Notes: generated from the letters alone by a model not told the origin. 64,000 nucleotides of DNA from an uncultured delta proteobacterium (GCA_963815115.1 CAWFFN010000009.1:512001-576000); one strand, 5' to 3'. Positions 17,753-28,700 are shown, counted from the first letter of the stretch. A program made the numbers and translations.

Positions 17753-20134
17753 CTAGGGAATCAGGCCGGCGACCCGGCTCCGCGCCAGGAGCTCGATGGC
17801 GTCGGCGCGGCGGATGGTGGCCCGGATCTCGTCCGCGAACGCGCGCCGGCGCTCGGCCAGCTCCGGCGTGCCGCGCTCGAGCAGCCCGCGGTTGCCCGCC
17901 AGCCGCAGCGCGGTCTCGAAGAGCACCTTGGAGACCGACTCGCCGCTCTGGATGCGGCGCTGCAGGAGATACTGCTTGCCGAGCGCGAGGCAGCGTCCCA
18001 GAAACGCGTTCTGGTCGAACGGCGCGTCCGGGCTCTCGCGCACCAGGGCGTCGGCGACCACCCGGTACGCGTGCAGAAACGGGCGCAGCACGCGGTGCGC
18101 GTTGAACGGCCGGAACGAGCGCACCACCCCCTGGATGGCGGCGGGGCCGCGGGCCAGCGCGGACTCCCACTTGTCGTCGTGCAGCGCGACCTCGTCCGCG
18201 ATCTCCTCGCGGAAGCGCTCCTTGTCGGCGAAGAAGAACTCGAACTTCAGGAGATCGCGGAGCCCCATCGCCTCGTCCCAGAAGGTCTGACGGCGGTGCT
18301 CGACGTGATCCTCGCCCGCGCGCAGCAACGCGATCTCGGCGATGGCGGAGGTGACGAAGAAGTGCACGATGGTGTTGCGGTAGTAGGCCGCGGTCAGATG
18401 CTGGTCGGGCCCGACCGCGTACACGGCCTCCGGCCCCTCGGCGTAACAGGTGACGACGCCGTTCTCGACCAGCGCGTCGAGCGTGCGCTGCACGCTCTCG
18501 GGCGAGTCGAGCCCGAGGTCGACGGTGGTCGGCAGTGCGCGCCGGCGGATGTACTGCACGAGATTCTGCAGCGCGACGAGGATATCCGGGACGCTGAGGG
18601 CGCGGTCGCCGCGGCCGAGCAGCGCCAGCGCCACCAGCGACGTCGGCGTGATCGGCGTGACGCGGTTGATGCGGACGGCCACCTCGAAGGCCAGCTTCTG
18701 GACCGTGAGGTGCTGCTCCTCCGTGTCGTCTCCGGAGAGGTGCTCGGCGGCGAGCGGGTCCGGTGGCCCGAGGGTCTGGGCCAGCGAGATCGGCTTGCCG
18801 AAGCGGATGTAGATGTCGCCGAAACGCGAGCGCAGGCCGCGCACCACCCCGACGAACCAGCCGAAGCTCTCGCGCTCCTTCTTGCCGCCGTGCTGCTCGG
18901 CGGTGTATGAGCCGACGTCCTGGATCTGGTCGTAGGCGATCGCGACCGGCAGCAGGATGACGTCCTCGCTCTTGCCGCGCCGGTAGGCGTCGACGACGTT
19001 GGCGAGGAGCCCGAAGCGCGGCGGCAGCAGCTTGCCCGAGCGCGAGCGGCCGCCCTCGATGTACCACTCCAGGGAGAAGCGCTTCTCGATCAGGTAGTCG
19101 ATGTAGCTCCGCAGCACGAACTTGTAGATCGGGTTGTCCTTGAACGTCCGGCGAATGAAGAACACGCCGCTGCGGCGCACCAGCGGACCGACCGGAAAGA
19201 AGTTCATGTTGATGCCGCCGGCGGTGTGGTTCGGTGGATGGCCGTTCTCGTGCAGCGCGTACTGCAGGACCAGGTGGTCGAGGTTCGACTTGTGGGAGGG
19301 GAGGAAGACCACCGGGGAGCGCTGGGCGAGGGCGTAGGTGCGCTCCAGGTCGCCGCGGTCGTAGTGCAGCGCCTCGGTGTACGCCCGCGTGTAGAGGAGA
19401 TGGATGAGCTGCGCGCTGAGGTCGATGACGTAGGGGCTGTGGGTCGCGGCGATCTCCTTCAGATAGCGCTCCGCATCGCGCTGGGCCGCCGGCACGGGAC
19501 GTCCGACCTGCTGCGCCAGCCGTGCGATCCCGCCGCGGAACGCGGGCCGGGAGACGATGTCCTCGCGCACGAAGCGAGGCACCTTGTAGCGCATCCCGCG
19601 GACGCGGCGCTCGGCGCGCTCGAGCGCCAGACCCGCCTGGCGCGTGACGAAGTCGGCCAGTCCCGTGGTCTCGCCGAGGTCGGCGCCGCCCGCGCGGCGC
19701 CAGCGCTCTCGCAGCTCCGAGGCCAGCGCCGCCTCGCCCGCCACCACCTGGTAGCGGGCCGAGCGCCGCGCGCCGAGCGCCTGGCGCATCCGGCCGGGAT
19801 CCCGCGGATCCCCCAGCAACAGCAGCCGGAGCAGCCGGCGGCGGGGGCCGCCCCGGGCCGGACCCTGGAGCCAGGCCACCCGGAGCGGCGTGAGGAGCGG
19901 GTCGTCGTCCGCCGCCAGGCACGCCTCCAGGCGCCCGTCGAGGCGCGGACGGCGCGGGCGGCGTCGCGTCGGAGGGATCGCGATGATCTCGTACGGGATG
20001 CCCGTCGGGACGTGATGCTCGAAGACCCACTGGCGCAGGATGCGCCGCTCGATGCCGCTGCAGGCGTCGAGGAGAAACACGACGCGCCGGCTGCCGACCT
20101 CTTCCCGGGGCTGCTGTCGGGTCGCTTGCGCCAT
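17753..20134 (-). CDS. plsB: Glycerol-3-phosphate acyltransferase
   Basis: Motifs FLPSHKSNLD, GVFFIRR, YIEGGRSRSGK and PVAIAYD; actinobacterial PlsB2-like architecture. Confidence 0.9.
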   Translation of the reverse strand: MAQATRQQPREEVGSRRVVFLLDACSGIERRILRQWVFEHHVPTGIPYEIIAIPPTRRRPRRPRLDGRLEACLAADDDPLLTPLRVAWLQGPARGGPRRRLLRLLLLGDPRDPGRMRQALGARRSARYQVVAGEAALASELRERWRRAGGADLGETTGLADFVTRQAGLALERAERRVRGMRYKVPRFVREDIVSRPAFRGGIARLAQQVGRPVPAAQRDAERYLKEIAATHSPYVIDLSAQLIHLLYTRAYTEALHYDRGDLERTYALAQRSPVVFLPSHKSNLDHLVLQYALHENGHPPNHTAGGINMNFFPVGPLVRRSGVFFIRRTFKDNPIYKFVLRSYIDYLIEKRFSLEWYIEGGRSRSGKLLPPRFGLLANVVDAYRRGKSEDVILLPVAIAYDQIQDVGSYTAEQHGGKKERESFGWFVGVVRGLRSRFGDIYIRFGKPISLAQTLGPPDPLAAEHLSGDDTEEQHLTVQKLAFEVAVRINRVTPITPTSLVALALLGRGDRALSVPDILVALQNLVQYIRRRALPTTVDLGLDSPESVQRTLDALVENGVVTCYAEGPEAVYAVGPDQHLTAAYYRNTIVHFFVTSAIAEIALLRAGEDHVEHRRQTFWDEAMGLRDLLKFEFFFADKERFREEIADEVALHDDKWESALARGPAAIQGVVRSFRPFNAHRVLRPFLHAYRVVADALVRESPDAPFDQNAFLGRCLALGKQYLLQRRIQSGESVSKVLFETALRLAGNRGLLERGTPELAERRRAFADEIRATIRRADAIELLARSRVAGLIP

Positions 20135-20219
20135 CCGCGCCGATACTACGACGACTGCCCACCGGGGTGATAGGGCGTCGGTGGCCGAGCCTCGGCGGCG
20201 ACGCTATGCTCCGCGTTCG

Positions 20220-21650
20220 GTGTCGGGGTACGAGGACATCACGCGGGAGATCGACGAGGGACCGGCCGGTCCCTCCATCGGAGCCTTCTTCGATCTCGAC
20301 CGCACCCTCATCGCCGGGTTCTCGGTGATGCCCATGCTCTTCGACGGGCTGGTCAGCGGACGCATCGGGCCCGCCGGGCTCGCGCTCACCACGGTGGCCG
20401 GGCTTCGCTTCCAGCTCGGCCAGCTGGGCTTCTCGGAGCTCCTCGCCGAGGCGGCCGGATTGCTGAAGGGCGAGTCCGAGGCGACGATGCGGGAGGTCGG
20501 AGAGCGTCTCTACTCCGACGCCCTCGCGTCGGAGGTCTATCCCGAGGCCCGGGCCATCGTGCGCGCCCATCTGCGCCGCGAGCACACCGTGGCGGTCATC
20601 TCGTCGGCCACGCGCTACCAGGTCGAGCCGCTGGCACGGGATCTCGGCATCGAGCACGTGGTGTGCAGCCGCCTGGAGGTGCGCGACGGCCGCTTCACCG
20701 GCGGCGTCGAGCCGCCGCTGTGCTACGGCGAGGGCAAGCTGGAGGCTGCGCGCGGCCTCGCCGCCAGCCGCGGCCTCGAGCTGGCGGAGAGCTACTTCTA
20801 CACCGACAGCGACGAGGACCTGCCGCTGCTCGAGCACGTCGGCCGCCCGAGGCCGACGAACCCGAACCGGCGCCTCGCCGCCCTCGCCGCGCGGCGCGGC
20901 TGGCCCAGCCGCACGTTCACCACCCGCGGCATGCCCGGCGCGCTCGACGTCCTGCGCACGTCGCTCGCGGTGGGCAGCCTGGTGCCGGCGTTCCTCCTCG
21001 GGCTGCCGGCGGGCGCGCTCGAGGGCAGCTGGCGGCAGGTCGTCAACCTCGCCGCCACCACCTTCGGCGAGCTCGGCAGCGCGCTCGCCGGCATCCGCCT
21101 GCGGGTGACGGGCGAGGAGCACCTGTGGTCGCATCGCCCCGCGGTCTTCATCTTCAACCACCAGAGCGGGATCGACATGCTGATCCTGTGCAAGCTGCTG
21201 CACCGCGACTTCGTCGGCATCGCCAAGCAGGAGATCCGCCGCAACCTGGTCTTCGGCCCGTTCTTCGCCCTCGCCGGCACGGTGTTCATCGATCGCTCGG
21301 ACCACGTGCGCGCCGTCAACGCGCTCGAGCCCGCGGTCCAGGCTCTGCGCGAAGGGCTGTCGATCGCGATCGCGCCCGAGGGCACGCGCAGCACCACCGG
21401 GAGGCTCGGTCGGTTCAAGAAGGGGGCGTTCCACCTGGCCCTGGAGGCGCGCAGGCCGATCGTTCCGATCGTCATCCACAACGCCCTCGACGCGCTGCCG
21501 AAGCACGCCTGGGTCGTGCGGCCGGCGACCATCGACGTCGTGGTGCATCCGCCGATCGCGACCGACGACTGGCAGGTCGAGACCATCGACGAGCGCATCG
21601 CCGAGGTGCGCAAGCTTTACGAGGACACCCTCCAGGCATGGTCAAGCTGA
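20220..21650 (+). CDS. HAD-IB phosphatase / 1-acylglycerol-3-phosphate acyltransferase fusion
   Basis: FFDLDRTL and YTDSDEDLPLL (HAD); NHQSGID, APEGTRS and FKKGAF (PlsC). Confidence 0.9.
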   Translation: MSGYEDITREIDEGPAGPSIGAFFDLDRTLIAGFSVMPMLFDGLVSGRIGPAGLALTTVAGLRFQLGQLGFSELLAEAAGLLKGESEATMREVGERLYSDALASEVYPEARAIVRAHLRREHTVAVISSATRYQVEPLARDLGIEHVVCSRLEVRDGRFTGGVEPPLCYGEGKLEAARGLAASRGLELAESYFYTDSDEDLPLLEHVGRPRPTNPNRRLAALAARRGWPSRTFTTRGMPGALDVLRTSLAVGSLVPAFLLGLPAGALEGSWRQVVNLAATTFGELGSALAGIRLRVTGEEHLWSHRPAVFIFNHQSGIDMLILCKLLHRDFVGIAKQEIRRNLVFGPFFALAGTVFIDRSDHVRAVNALEPAVQALREGLSIAIAPEGTRSTTGRLGRFKKGAFHLALEARRPIVPIVIHNALDALPKHAWVVRPATIDVVVHPPIATDDWQVETIDERIAEVRKLYEDTLQAWSS

Positions 21651-22324
21651 TCTTTCTCTGCCGGCGCCGTCCGGAGCTGACGCACGAGCAGTACGTCGAG
21701 CGTCTGCTCGGCGACCACGTGCCGCTGGCGCTGCGCCACCATCCCGCCATGCGCGGCTACGTGGTGAACGTCGTGGAGACGTCCGGGCCCGGCCTGGAGC
21801 CGCTCGACAGCATCGCCGAGCTGTCCTTCGAGACGCTCGCCGACTTCGAGGACCGGCTCTACGACTCCCCCGACGGACGGGCCGCGATCGAGCGCGACGT
21901 CGCCGGGTTCCTCGGCGCCGCGGATGCCTACCTGACCGTGGAGCGGGTGCAGCTGGACGCCGGCGAACGCCATGCCAGCGGGACCCGGTCACCCGGCGTG
22001 AAGATCGTCTGCCCGGTTCGCCGCCGGCCCGACCTGAGCCGGGAAGCCTTCCTCGAGCACTGGCTCGGGACGCATGCTCCGATCGCGCGCGTGCACCATC
22101 CCGGGCTGACGCGTTACTTCACCAACGTGGTCGAGCAGCATCTCGGCTCCGGGGACGAGGACTGGGACGGCTTCACCGAGCTGCACTTCGCCTCGGCGGC
22201 GTCCATCGCGGGCGGCCTGTTCGACTCGCCCGAGGGCGAGCGTGCGGTGCGCGACGACATCGCGCTCTTCATCGGCCACGCGGGAGCGTACCGGGTGGCG
22301 GAGTACGTCTTCAAGCTCCCCTAG
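21638..22324 (+). CDS. Tandem EthD-domain protein
   Basis: Two repeats of K......RRP.L..E.......H.P.A..H.P....Y..NVVE......D...EL.F....DSP.G.....D...F.G. Confidence 0.85.
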   Translation: MVKLIFLCRRRPELTHEQYVERLLGDHVPLALRHHPAMRGYVVNVVETSGPGLEPLDSIAELSFETLADFEDRLYDSPDGRAAIERDVAGFLGAADAYLTVERVQLDAGERHASGTRSPGVKIVCPVRRRPDLSREAFLEHWLGTHAPIARVHHPGLTRYFTNVVEQHLGSGDEDWDGFTELHFASAASIAGGLFDSPEGERAVRDDIALFIGHAGAYRVAEYVFKLP

Positions 22325-23404
22325 TGCTCCGCCGTCGAGATGCGCTCAAGCATTCGACGATGCGACCGGATGATCGCCGCGGCAGGTTTCGTCCAGGCGA
22401 ACGGCGTCGGGTTCTTCTTCCAGGCGCGCATGTAGGCGTTGAGATGATCGCGCAGGGCCTTCGCCGAGTGGAAGTCCGTCAGGCTCAGGGATTGTTTGCC
22501 GAGAATGCCGAAGAACCCTTCCACTTGATTGAGCCACGACGCGCTCGTCGGGGTGTAGTGGAAGCGAACCAAGGGGGGGCGTATCGAGCCAGGCGCGCAC
22601 GGCGGGGGTGCGGTGGGACGACGAATTGTCGAGAATGACGTGCAGTTCGCGGCCCGGATACGCCCGCACGACTTTCTCCATGAACGCGAGGAAGTCCGCG
22701 GCGGTGTGCCGAGCGCTGAGCCGATGCGTAACGTCGCCGGTCGCGACTTCGAGGGCGGCGTACAGATCGACGACCCCATGGCGCTTGTAGTCGTGGGTGT
22801 GCCGCACGGCGCGGCCGGAGCGCAGCGGGAGCGGCCGTTGCGTCCGCTCCAACGCTTGGATCGACGTCTTCTCGTCCACGCTGAGGACCACGGCGTGCTC
22901 GGGGGGATGGAGGTAGAGCCCCACGATGTCGTGCACCTTCGCGACAAAGTCCGGGTCGCGGCTCACCTTGTACGTGCGCACGTGATGGGGCTTGAGCCCG
23001 TGGCGCCGCAGGAGATCGGACACGCAGCCACTCGTCAGGCCGACTTCCTTCGCGAGCAGGCGCGTCGTCCAGCGGCTGCGGCCCGCCGGCGGGGGCGACA
23101 TAGCCAGCTCGACCACGCGCTCCACCGTCGCGGCGGGGACGGCGTGATCCGTGCGCCCGCCCTTCGGTCGCGTGGCGAGGCCGGCGACCCCGCCGTCGAG
23201 AAACCGGCGTCGAATCCGCGACACAGCCTCGGCCGACAGCTGCAGGCGGCGGGCGATGTCGGCGCCCGCCACGCCGTCGGCACTCCACAGCACCACATGC
23301 GCGCGCCGGATCACCTGCGCCGAGTCAGTCGCCCGCGCCACGAGGGTCTCCAACTCGCGCCGCTGCTTCGCCGTAAGCCCCACCACCATCCGCCGTCGTC
23401 TCAT
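22321..23404 (-). pseudogene. IS630 transposase with a frameshift in a C7 run (22573-22579)
   Basis: HTH, SVDEK, HDYKRHG and ILDN in one frame; FHYTPTSASWLNQVE in the other. Confidence 0.85.
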
Positions 23405-23459
23405 GCCACATTGGACGCACGTGCGTCATATTGATTCGATGACGACGGCGGTGCACTAG
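22321..23459 (-). mobile_element. IS630-family insertion sequence
   Basis: Terminal inverted repeats CTAGTGC(T/A)CCGCCGTCG at 22321 and 23459, with TA/CTAG at both ends, enclosing a transposase gene. Confidence 0.9.
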
Positions 23460-23671
23460 CTAGTGCGCCTCAACGCCGCGGTTCGAGGACCTTGTCGATG
23501 ACTCCCATCGCCACCGCGCAGGCGAAAACTTGCGAACTCGTGAGCCCGGCCACCGCGGCGATCCTGTCGAGACGCGCGACGGCCTCGAGCGGCAAGTCGG
23601 CGGCGACTTCGACGCCCTGAGCGCCGTTGCATTTCCCATCAATTCGTCAATAGACACGCAAAGGAGGAAGA

Positions 23672-24052
23672 ATGACAAAAACTATCGGAAAGGCCGGTCC
23701 CAAGGCTAAGCTCACGGTAAGTCTGGAGCGCCACCCATTCGATGTCGATGGTCTGCCAGCGAGTTACCGACACTCGGTTGAACTCCTGGTGGGACGAGTC
23801 GGGCCGCGCGAAATGAAAAAAGCTCAGGTCGATGCCGAAATGATCGCATCTTTGTTTCGGAAGCACCCGAAAGAGCTCACTGCGATAGCCAATCATGTGG
23901 CGGCGGGGGAGACGGCAGCCGCCATGGAAATCGCCTCAACGATTGGTCTGACCGAGGAAAGGTTCCAAGAACACGGCGGCGGCCTCTGGTGGTGGATCAT
24001 CCTTATTGTCGGAGTCGCGATTCTCACATGGGCCGCTGAAACAAGGAAGTAA
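23672..24052 (+). CDS. Hypothetical 126-aa protein with C-terminal Trp-rich TM helix
   Basis: Strong AAGGAGG RBS; lower-GC codon usage; ends GGGLWWWIILIVGVAILTW. Confidence 0.7.
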   Translation: MTKTIGKAGPKAKLTVSLERHPFDVDGLPASYRHSVELLVGRVGPREMKKAQVDAEMIASLFRKHPKELTAIANHVAAGETAAAMEIASTIGLTEERFQEHGGGLWWWIILIVGVAILTWAAETRK

Positions 24053-24486
24053 ATCGCTCCGTGTAAGATAGACCGCCACGGCGTCAATTGCCCGGAATCC
24101 CGTCGATCTCCCCGTGAGAAGACCGGGAGGACAGCCAGCGTCCGGCCACGCGATTGACACCGCAGAGCATCTTTCGCACGACGCGATTCACGTCCAGGAA
24201 CCCCGCCGCTCAATCCGGGATCACGTCGGCGCCTTCGGCTCTCTATACTACGAGAGCTAGCCCTTGCCGTCATATCGCGAAGGCCGTGCGCCTCACCCGG
24301 CCCCTCCCCACTCAGCCTCGCGAGGACCTTGAAACGGCGAGACGAAGGTTGATAGTCACAACACTATGCGGCCCGTTGTCGGAGCCCTCACCATGCTCCT
24401 CACCATCTGCGGCTGCATGGTCCCGTGCGGGGATGAGGGCTCGCGACTCGCGGGAATTAGCTAGTGCTCCGGGTGACGGAAGGTCG

Positions 24487-26637
24487 TCATCGGACGTGCA
24501 GCCCCTTCCGGCTCGGCGCGAAGGTCGCTTCTGCGGCCGCACACCGGCCGGCCTGGGTCTCGATCGCGATCCTCAGGGTCCCTGGAGGCGGCACCGCGAA
24601 GGCTACGCCGTTGCCACCGAGGACGAGGCTCGCGCCACCCTTCTTCTTCCGGGCGAGGGTCAGCTGATCGAGCCCGCGCGCGCTCGCGACCGCGTTCGTC
24701 TTGTCCCGGAAGCGCAGCCTCGCCTTCTTGAGCGCGAGCGACGCAGCCGGCAGCTCCGCGCAGAGGAGCGGCCGTCCGCCCGGCGGCCCGATCTGGACGT
24801 GCGCGTCGGTCAGGGTTCCGGCGCTCGGCAGGAGGCTCGCGTCGGCGAGCGTCGCCTTGAGGGCAACCCTGGTGCCGCTCCGCTTGGTGCCGCGGATGGT
24901 GGCAACGTTGATCTTCAGGAGGCCGTTCGTGCCGCAGCACGCGGCGTCCTCGAGATCGGTGAGCCCGTTGCCGTCGTCGTCGATGCAGTTGTCACAGACT
25001 TCTTGCCGCGACGGCGGAAGCGTGGTCGTGGTGGGCGTCCCGCCCGGGAGCGTCGTCGTGCTGCCGCCCGTCGGCAGCGTGGTCGTCGTGGTGGTGGGCT
25101 CCTGCGCCTCGGTGCCGTCGCTCACGCGCAGCTGGATGCTGCCGTCCGAGAGCTGGAACTCGAACACGATCGATGCGCGGTCGGGAGTGAACTCGAAGTC
25201 GGTGGCGAACTCGCTGTCGCGCGCCTTGGTCAGGTTCCGCAAATCACCACCGAAGATCTGCTCGCTGATCAGGTCCGAATTGTTGCCGCCCAGGGTCTCG
25301 AAGAGGACGCGGCTGCTGTCGGGTGAGATCGCGCTGTCCCTCCCGGTTCCGAGGCGCGTGGAACTCCCACCGGTCGGCGGGATCGAGGAGAGCGACTGCG
25401 TGTCGTCCGCGAAGACCACCCAGTTGCTGTCCGGGCTGAGGACGAACCCCGCGGCAGCGTTCCCGGACGTCGGGAAGAAGAGCGTCGTGTGGCTTCCGTC
25501 GAGCCCGGAGGAGTCGAGTCTCCGCAAGGAGCTGTCGTTTCTCTGGAAGACGTACACCACGCGGCTGCTGTCCGGCGTGAACTGGAACTGTGCGCCGAAC
25601 GTACCGAATTCCGGATCAGCCGAATCCGTGATCAGCGTGGACGTTACGCCTCCGATCAACACGCTGTAGAGCACGCCCAGCTGCGGAAAGCCCGGGATCA
25701 TCGCGGAGTCCGTGACCACGTTGTACACGACGTGCGCCCCGTCGGGGCTGATGCGGAACCCGAACACGCTCTGGTTCGCGGCGAGCGGGAAGCTGAGCGT
25801 GTTGAAGAGCCCGCCGACGACGGCATTCGAGAAGAGGCCGGACTGGTCCGAGCCGACGTTCCTCGCCTGGAAGACGAGCACGGGGACCCCGGGGTCGATC
25901 TCGAAGCTTCCGCTCGTCACCACTGTTCCATCGGCGTTGAGCTTCGTCGACGTCCCGCCGGTCGCGGGGACGCTGAACAGCTCGGTGCGGCCGTTGACCT
26001 CCTGATCGGCGAGGTAGACGGCGCGCTTGGTGCTCGGGTCGACGCGCAGGCTGTTCGAGAAGACGTTGCCGCCCGCCACCAGCGGCGGGTTGAGCTTGAC
26101 GGCGGAGCCGCCCGCGAAGGGTACGCTGTAGAGCTCCACGGTCTCGTTGGTGTCCTGATCGGCGAGGTACAGGGCCCGCTTGGTGGCGGGATCCAGCACG
26201 AAGACGTTGACGTCGCCGCCCGCCACGAGCGGGCCGTTGAGCTTCGTCGCCTGCCCGCCGGCGATCGGCACGACGTAGAGCTCGCGGCGATTGGCGGTAT
26301 CCTGGATCGCCGTGTAGACGACGCTCGCACCGTCGGGTGTGATCCTGAACTGGTCGACGCCACCCTGGGCGACCAGCGGCGGATTGAGCTTCTTCGGCAT
26401 GCCGCCCGCGAGGGGGACGCTGAAGAGCTCCACGGGTGCTGTCGCCGTCTCCTCCGCCGTGTATACGACGAACTGCGAGTCGGAGCTGATGGCGAAGTCG
26501 GCGACCCGGTCTACCGGGCCGGCCAGGTTCCGCCACACCGCCTGCGCGGGGCGAACCCAGAGAGACGTCGTCGAGAGGAAGAGGGCAAGAAGGAACGTCG
26601 CCCGGGGCGCGATATGTCTTTCGTCACCGTAGTCCAC
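24487..26637 (-). CDS. Secreted beta-propeller (TolB/WD40-like) protein with Thr linker, Ca-binding-like Cys motif and basic C-terminal domain
   Basis: Signal peptide; repeats ELFSVP.AGG...KLN.PLVAGG.V; TTTTTTLP; EVCDNCIDDDGNGLTDLEDAAC. Confidence 0.8.
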   Translation of the reverse strand: MDYGDERHIAPRATFLLALFLSTTSLWVRPAQAVWRNLAGPVDRVADFAISSDSQFVVYTAEETATAPVELFSVPLAGGMPKKLNPPLVAQGGVDQFRITPDGASVVYTAIQDTANRRELYVVPIAGGQATKLNGPLVAGGDVNVFVLDPATKRALYLADQDTNETVELYSVPFAGGSAVKLNPPLVAGGNVFSNSLRVDPSTKRAVYLADQEVNGRTELFSVPATGGTSTKLNADGTVVTSGSFEIDPGVPVLVFQARNVGSDQSGLFSNAVVGGLFNTLSFPLAANQSVFGFRISPDGAHVVYNVVTDSAMIPGFPQLGVLYSVLIGGVTSTLITDSADPEFGTFGAQFQFTPDSSRVVYVFQRNDSSLRRLDSSGLDGSHTTLFFPTSGNAAAGFVLSPDSNWVVFADDTQSLSSIPPTGGSSTRLGTGRDSAISPDSSRVLFETLGGNNSDLISEQIFGGDLRNLTKARDSEFATDFEFTPDRASIVFEFQLSDGSIQLRVSDGTEAQEPTTTTTTLPTGGSTTTLPGGTPTTTTLPPSRQEVCDNCIDDDGNGLTDLEDAACCGTNGLLKINVATIRGTKRSGTRVALKATLADASLLPSAGTLTDAHVQIGPPGGRPLLCAELPAASLALKKARLRFRDKTNAVASARGLDQLTLARKKKGGASLVLGGNGVAFAVPPPGTLRIAIETQAGRCAAAEATFAPSRKGLHVR

Positions 26638-26742
26638 GGGGCGAGGATACTCGCCCCGTCGGGGGGACTGTCAACGCCGCGCGTGGACAGGGCCCCGCCG
26701 ACCCTTGCACGCGCCGGGCGATTCGGGGCAGACACCCCAGCC

Positions 26743-28389
26743 ATGAATCTCGGACTCGCCCAGCAGGCCATCGCCGCCCGCAATCCCGACCGGGAGTGCA
26801 TCGTCACCCCGACGCGCCGTCTCACCTATGCCCAGGTCGCCGAGCGCGCCCGCCGGCTCGCCAACGTGCTCCATGCCAGCGGGCTGGGCTGCCACCGCGA
26901 GCGCGCGGAGCTCCAGAGCCACGAATCGGGACAGGACCACCTCGGCATCTACATGCTCAACTGCCCCGAGTACTTCGAGAGCATGCTCGGCGCGTACCTC
27001 GCCCGCGTCGCGCCCTTCAACATCAACTACCGCTACGTCGACGACGAGCTGCTCTACCTGCTCGCCGACTCGGACGCGGTCGCGGTGGTCTACCAGGCGC
27101 GCTACGCCCCCACCCTGGCGCGCATCCGGGATCGGCTTCCGAAGCTGCGCCTCCTGATCCAGCTGGCGGACGAGAGCGGCAACGCCCTGCTGCCGGGCGC
27201 GATCGACTACGAGGCTGCGCTCGCCGGCGCGCCCGACACCATGCCGCCCGTCGAGCCGTCGCCCGACGACCTGTACATCCTCTACACGGGCGGAACGACG
27301 GGCGCGCCGAAGGGCGTGCTCTGGCGGCAGGAGGACATCTTCCACGGCGCGATGACCGGTGGCGCCCCCGGCATGCCGGGACCTGCGACCGTCGAGGAGC
27401 TGGCGGAGAACGCCACCACGAACGGCGGTTTCATGCGCGTGATGACCACGCCGCCGCTCATGCACGGCGCGGCGCAGTGGCTCGGCTTCGGCGCGCTCCA
27501 CCAGGGCGGCACGGTGGTCCTCCAGGGCAAGCCCGAGAAGCTCGACCCCGAGGAGGTCCTGGGGCTGGTCGAGCGCGAGCGCTGCAACACGCTCACCATG
27601 GTGGGCGACGCCTTCGCCCGCCCGCTCGTCGAGGAGCTGAAGCGCGGCACCTACGATCTCTCCCGGCTCTTCGTCATCGGCTCGGGCGGCGCCATCCTGT
27701 CGCCCCACATGAAGGAGGCGCTGCTCGAGTTCGTGCCGCATGCCATGGTGGTCGACGGCTTCGGCGCGTCCGAGACCGGCGCGCACGGCTCGCACGCCAC
27801 CCGGGCGGGTGACACGGCCCAGACCGGCAAGTTCGCGATGACCAACACGCTCATCCTGAAGTCCGACCTGTCCGGCCCGCTCGACGAGGGCGTCGACGAG
27901 ACCGGCTGGGTGGCGCGCAGCGGACACGTTCCGCTGGGCTACTACAAGGACCCGGCGAAGACGGCGAAGACCTTTCCCACCGTCGACGGCGTGCGCTACG
28001 CGGTGCCGGGCGATCACGCGCGCTTCAACCCCGACGGCTCGATCAACGTGCTCGGACGCGGCTCGGTGTGCATCAACTCCGGCGGGGAGAAGATCTACCC
28101 GGAGGAGGTGGAGCAGGTGCTGCGCAAGCACCCGGCGGTGTACGATGCCGTCGTCGTCGGCACGCCCGACGAGCGCTTCGGCGAGCAGGTGACGGCGGTG
28201 ATCCAGCCGCGTGCGGGAGAGGTGATCGATCACGCCGAGCTGGCCGATTTCGCGGGCCGCCACCTCGCACGCTACAAGCTGCCGCGCACGATCGTGCTCG
28301 TCGACGAGATGGTGCGCAGCCCGAGCGGCAAGCCGGACTACCGCTGGGCGAAGGCGCGCGGCATGGAAGCGAGGGGGCACGGGGCCTAG
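26743..28389 (+). CDS. Acyl-CoA synthetase (FadD19-like)
   Basis: Motifs LYTGGTTGAPKG, GFGASETG, INSGGEKIYPEEVE and RSPSGK. Confidence 0.92.
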   Translation: MNLGLAQQAIAARNPDRECIVTPTRRLTYAQVAERARRLANVLHASGLGCHRERAELQSHESGQDHLGIYMLNCPEYFESMLGAYLARVAPFNINYRYVDDELLYLLADSDAVAVVYQARYAPTLARIRDRLPKLRLLIQLADESGNALLPGAIDYEAALAGAPDTMPPVEPSPDDLYILYTGGTTGAPKGVLWRQEDIFHGAMTGGAPGMPGPATVEELAENATTNGGFMRVMTTPPLMHGAAQWLGFGALHQGGTVVLQGKPEKLDPEEVLGLVERERCNTLTMVGDAFARPLVEELKRGTYDLSRLFVIGSGGAILSPHMKEALLEFVPHAMVVDGFGASETGAHGSHATRAGDTAQTGKFAMTNTLILKSDLSGPLDEGVDETGWVARSGHVPLGYYKDPAKTAKTFPTVDGVRYAVPGDHARFNPDGSINVLGRGSVCINSGGEKIYPEEVEQVLRKHPAVYDAVVVGTPDERFGEQVTAVIQPRAGEVIDHAELADFAGRHLARYKLPRTIVLVDEMVRSPSGKPDYRWAKARGMEARGHGA

Positions 28390-28700
28390 GACGCCCGCGG
28401 CGCTGTCACTGCTCCATGCCATAGTACCCGACGAACGCTGGCCCGTCCGAGCCCACCGGGTGCATGAGTAGGCGGAGATGCGCCCTCAAGCCGGCGAGGC
28501 CAATGGCAGCGGATGGCTCGCCGTGGCCTCCTGAGGAGGTACGTGCGGTATCCCACTCGGCCTCCTGCTTCTGGGTATCCTGGAAATTCCCGCCGGATGT
28601 CGCGCAATACCCGCGAGAGTCTAGGGCGCATGCCGAACGCTGCCAGCACGGCTTTGACCGGATTGTGGGTCGTCGAGTCCCGAGGTAAGGAGGACGTCCG

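Noticed and set aside
16671-21548. 1625-aa ORF and other very long Arg/Pro-rich ORFs (e.g. 31943-36031, 46016-49432, 54565-59049)
   Set aside because: Shadow frames of high-GC genes; only 16671-17675 of the first is a real gene.
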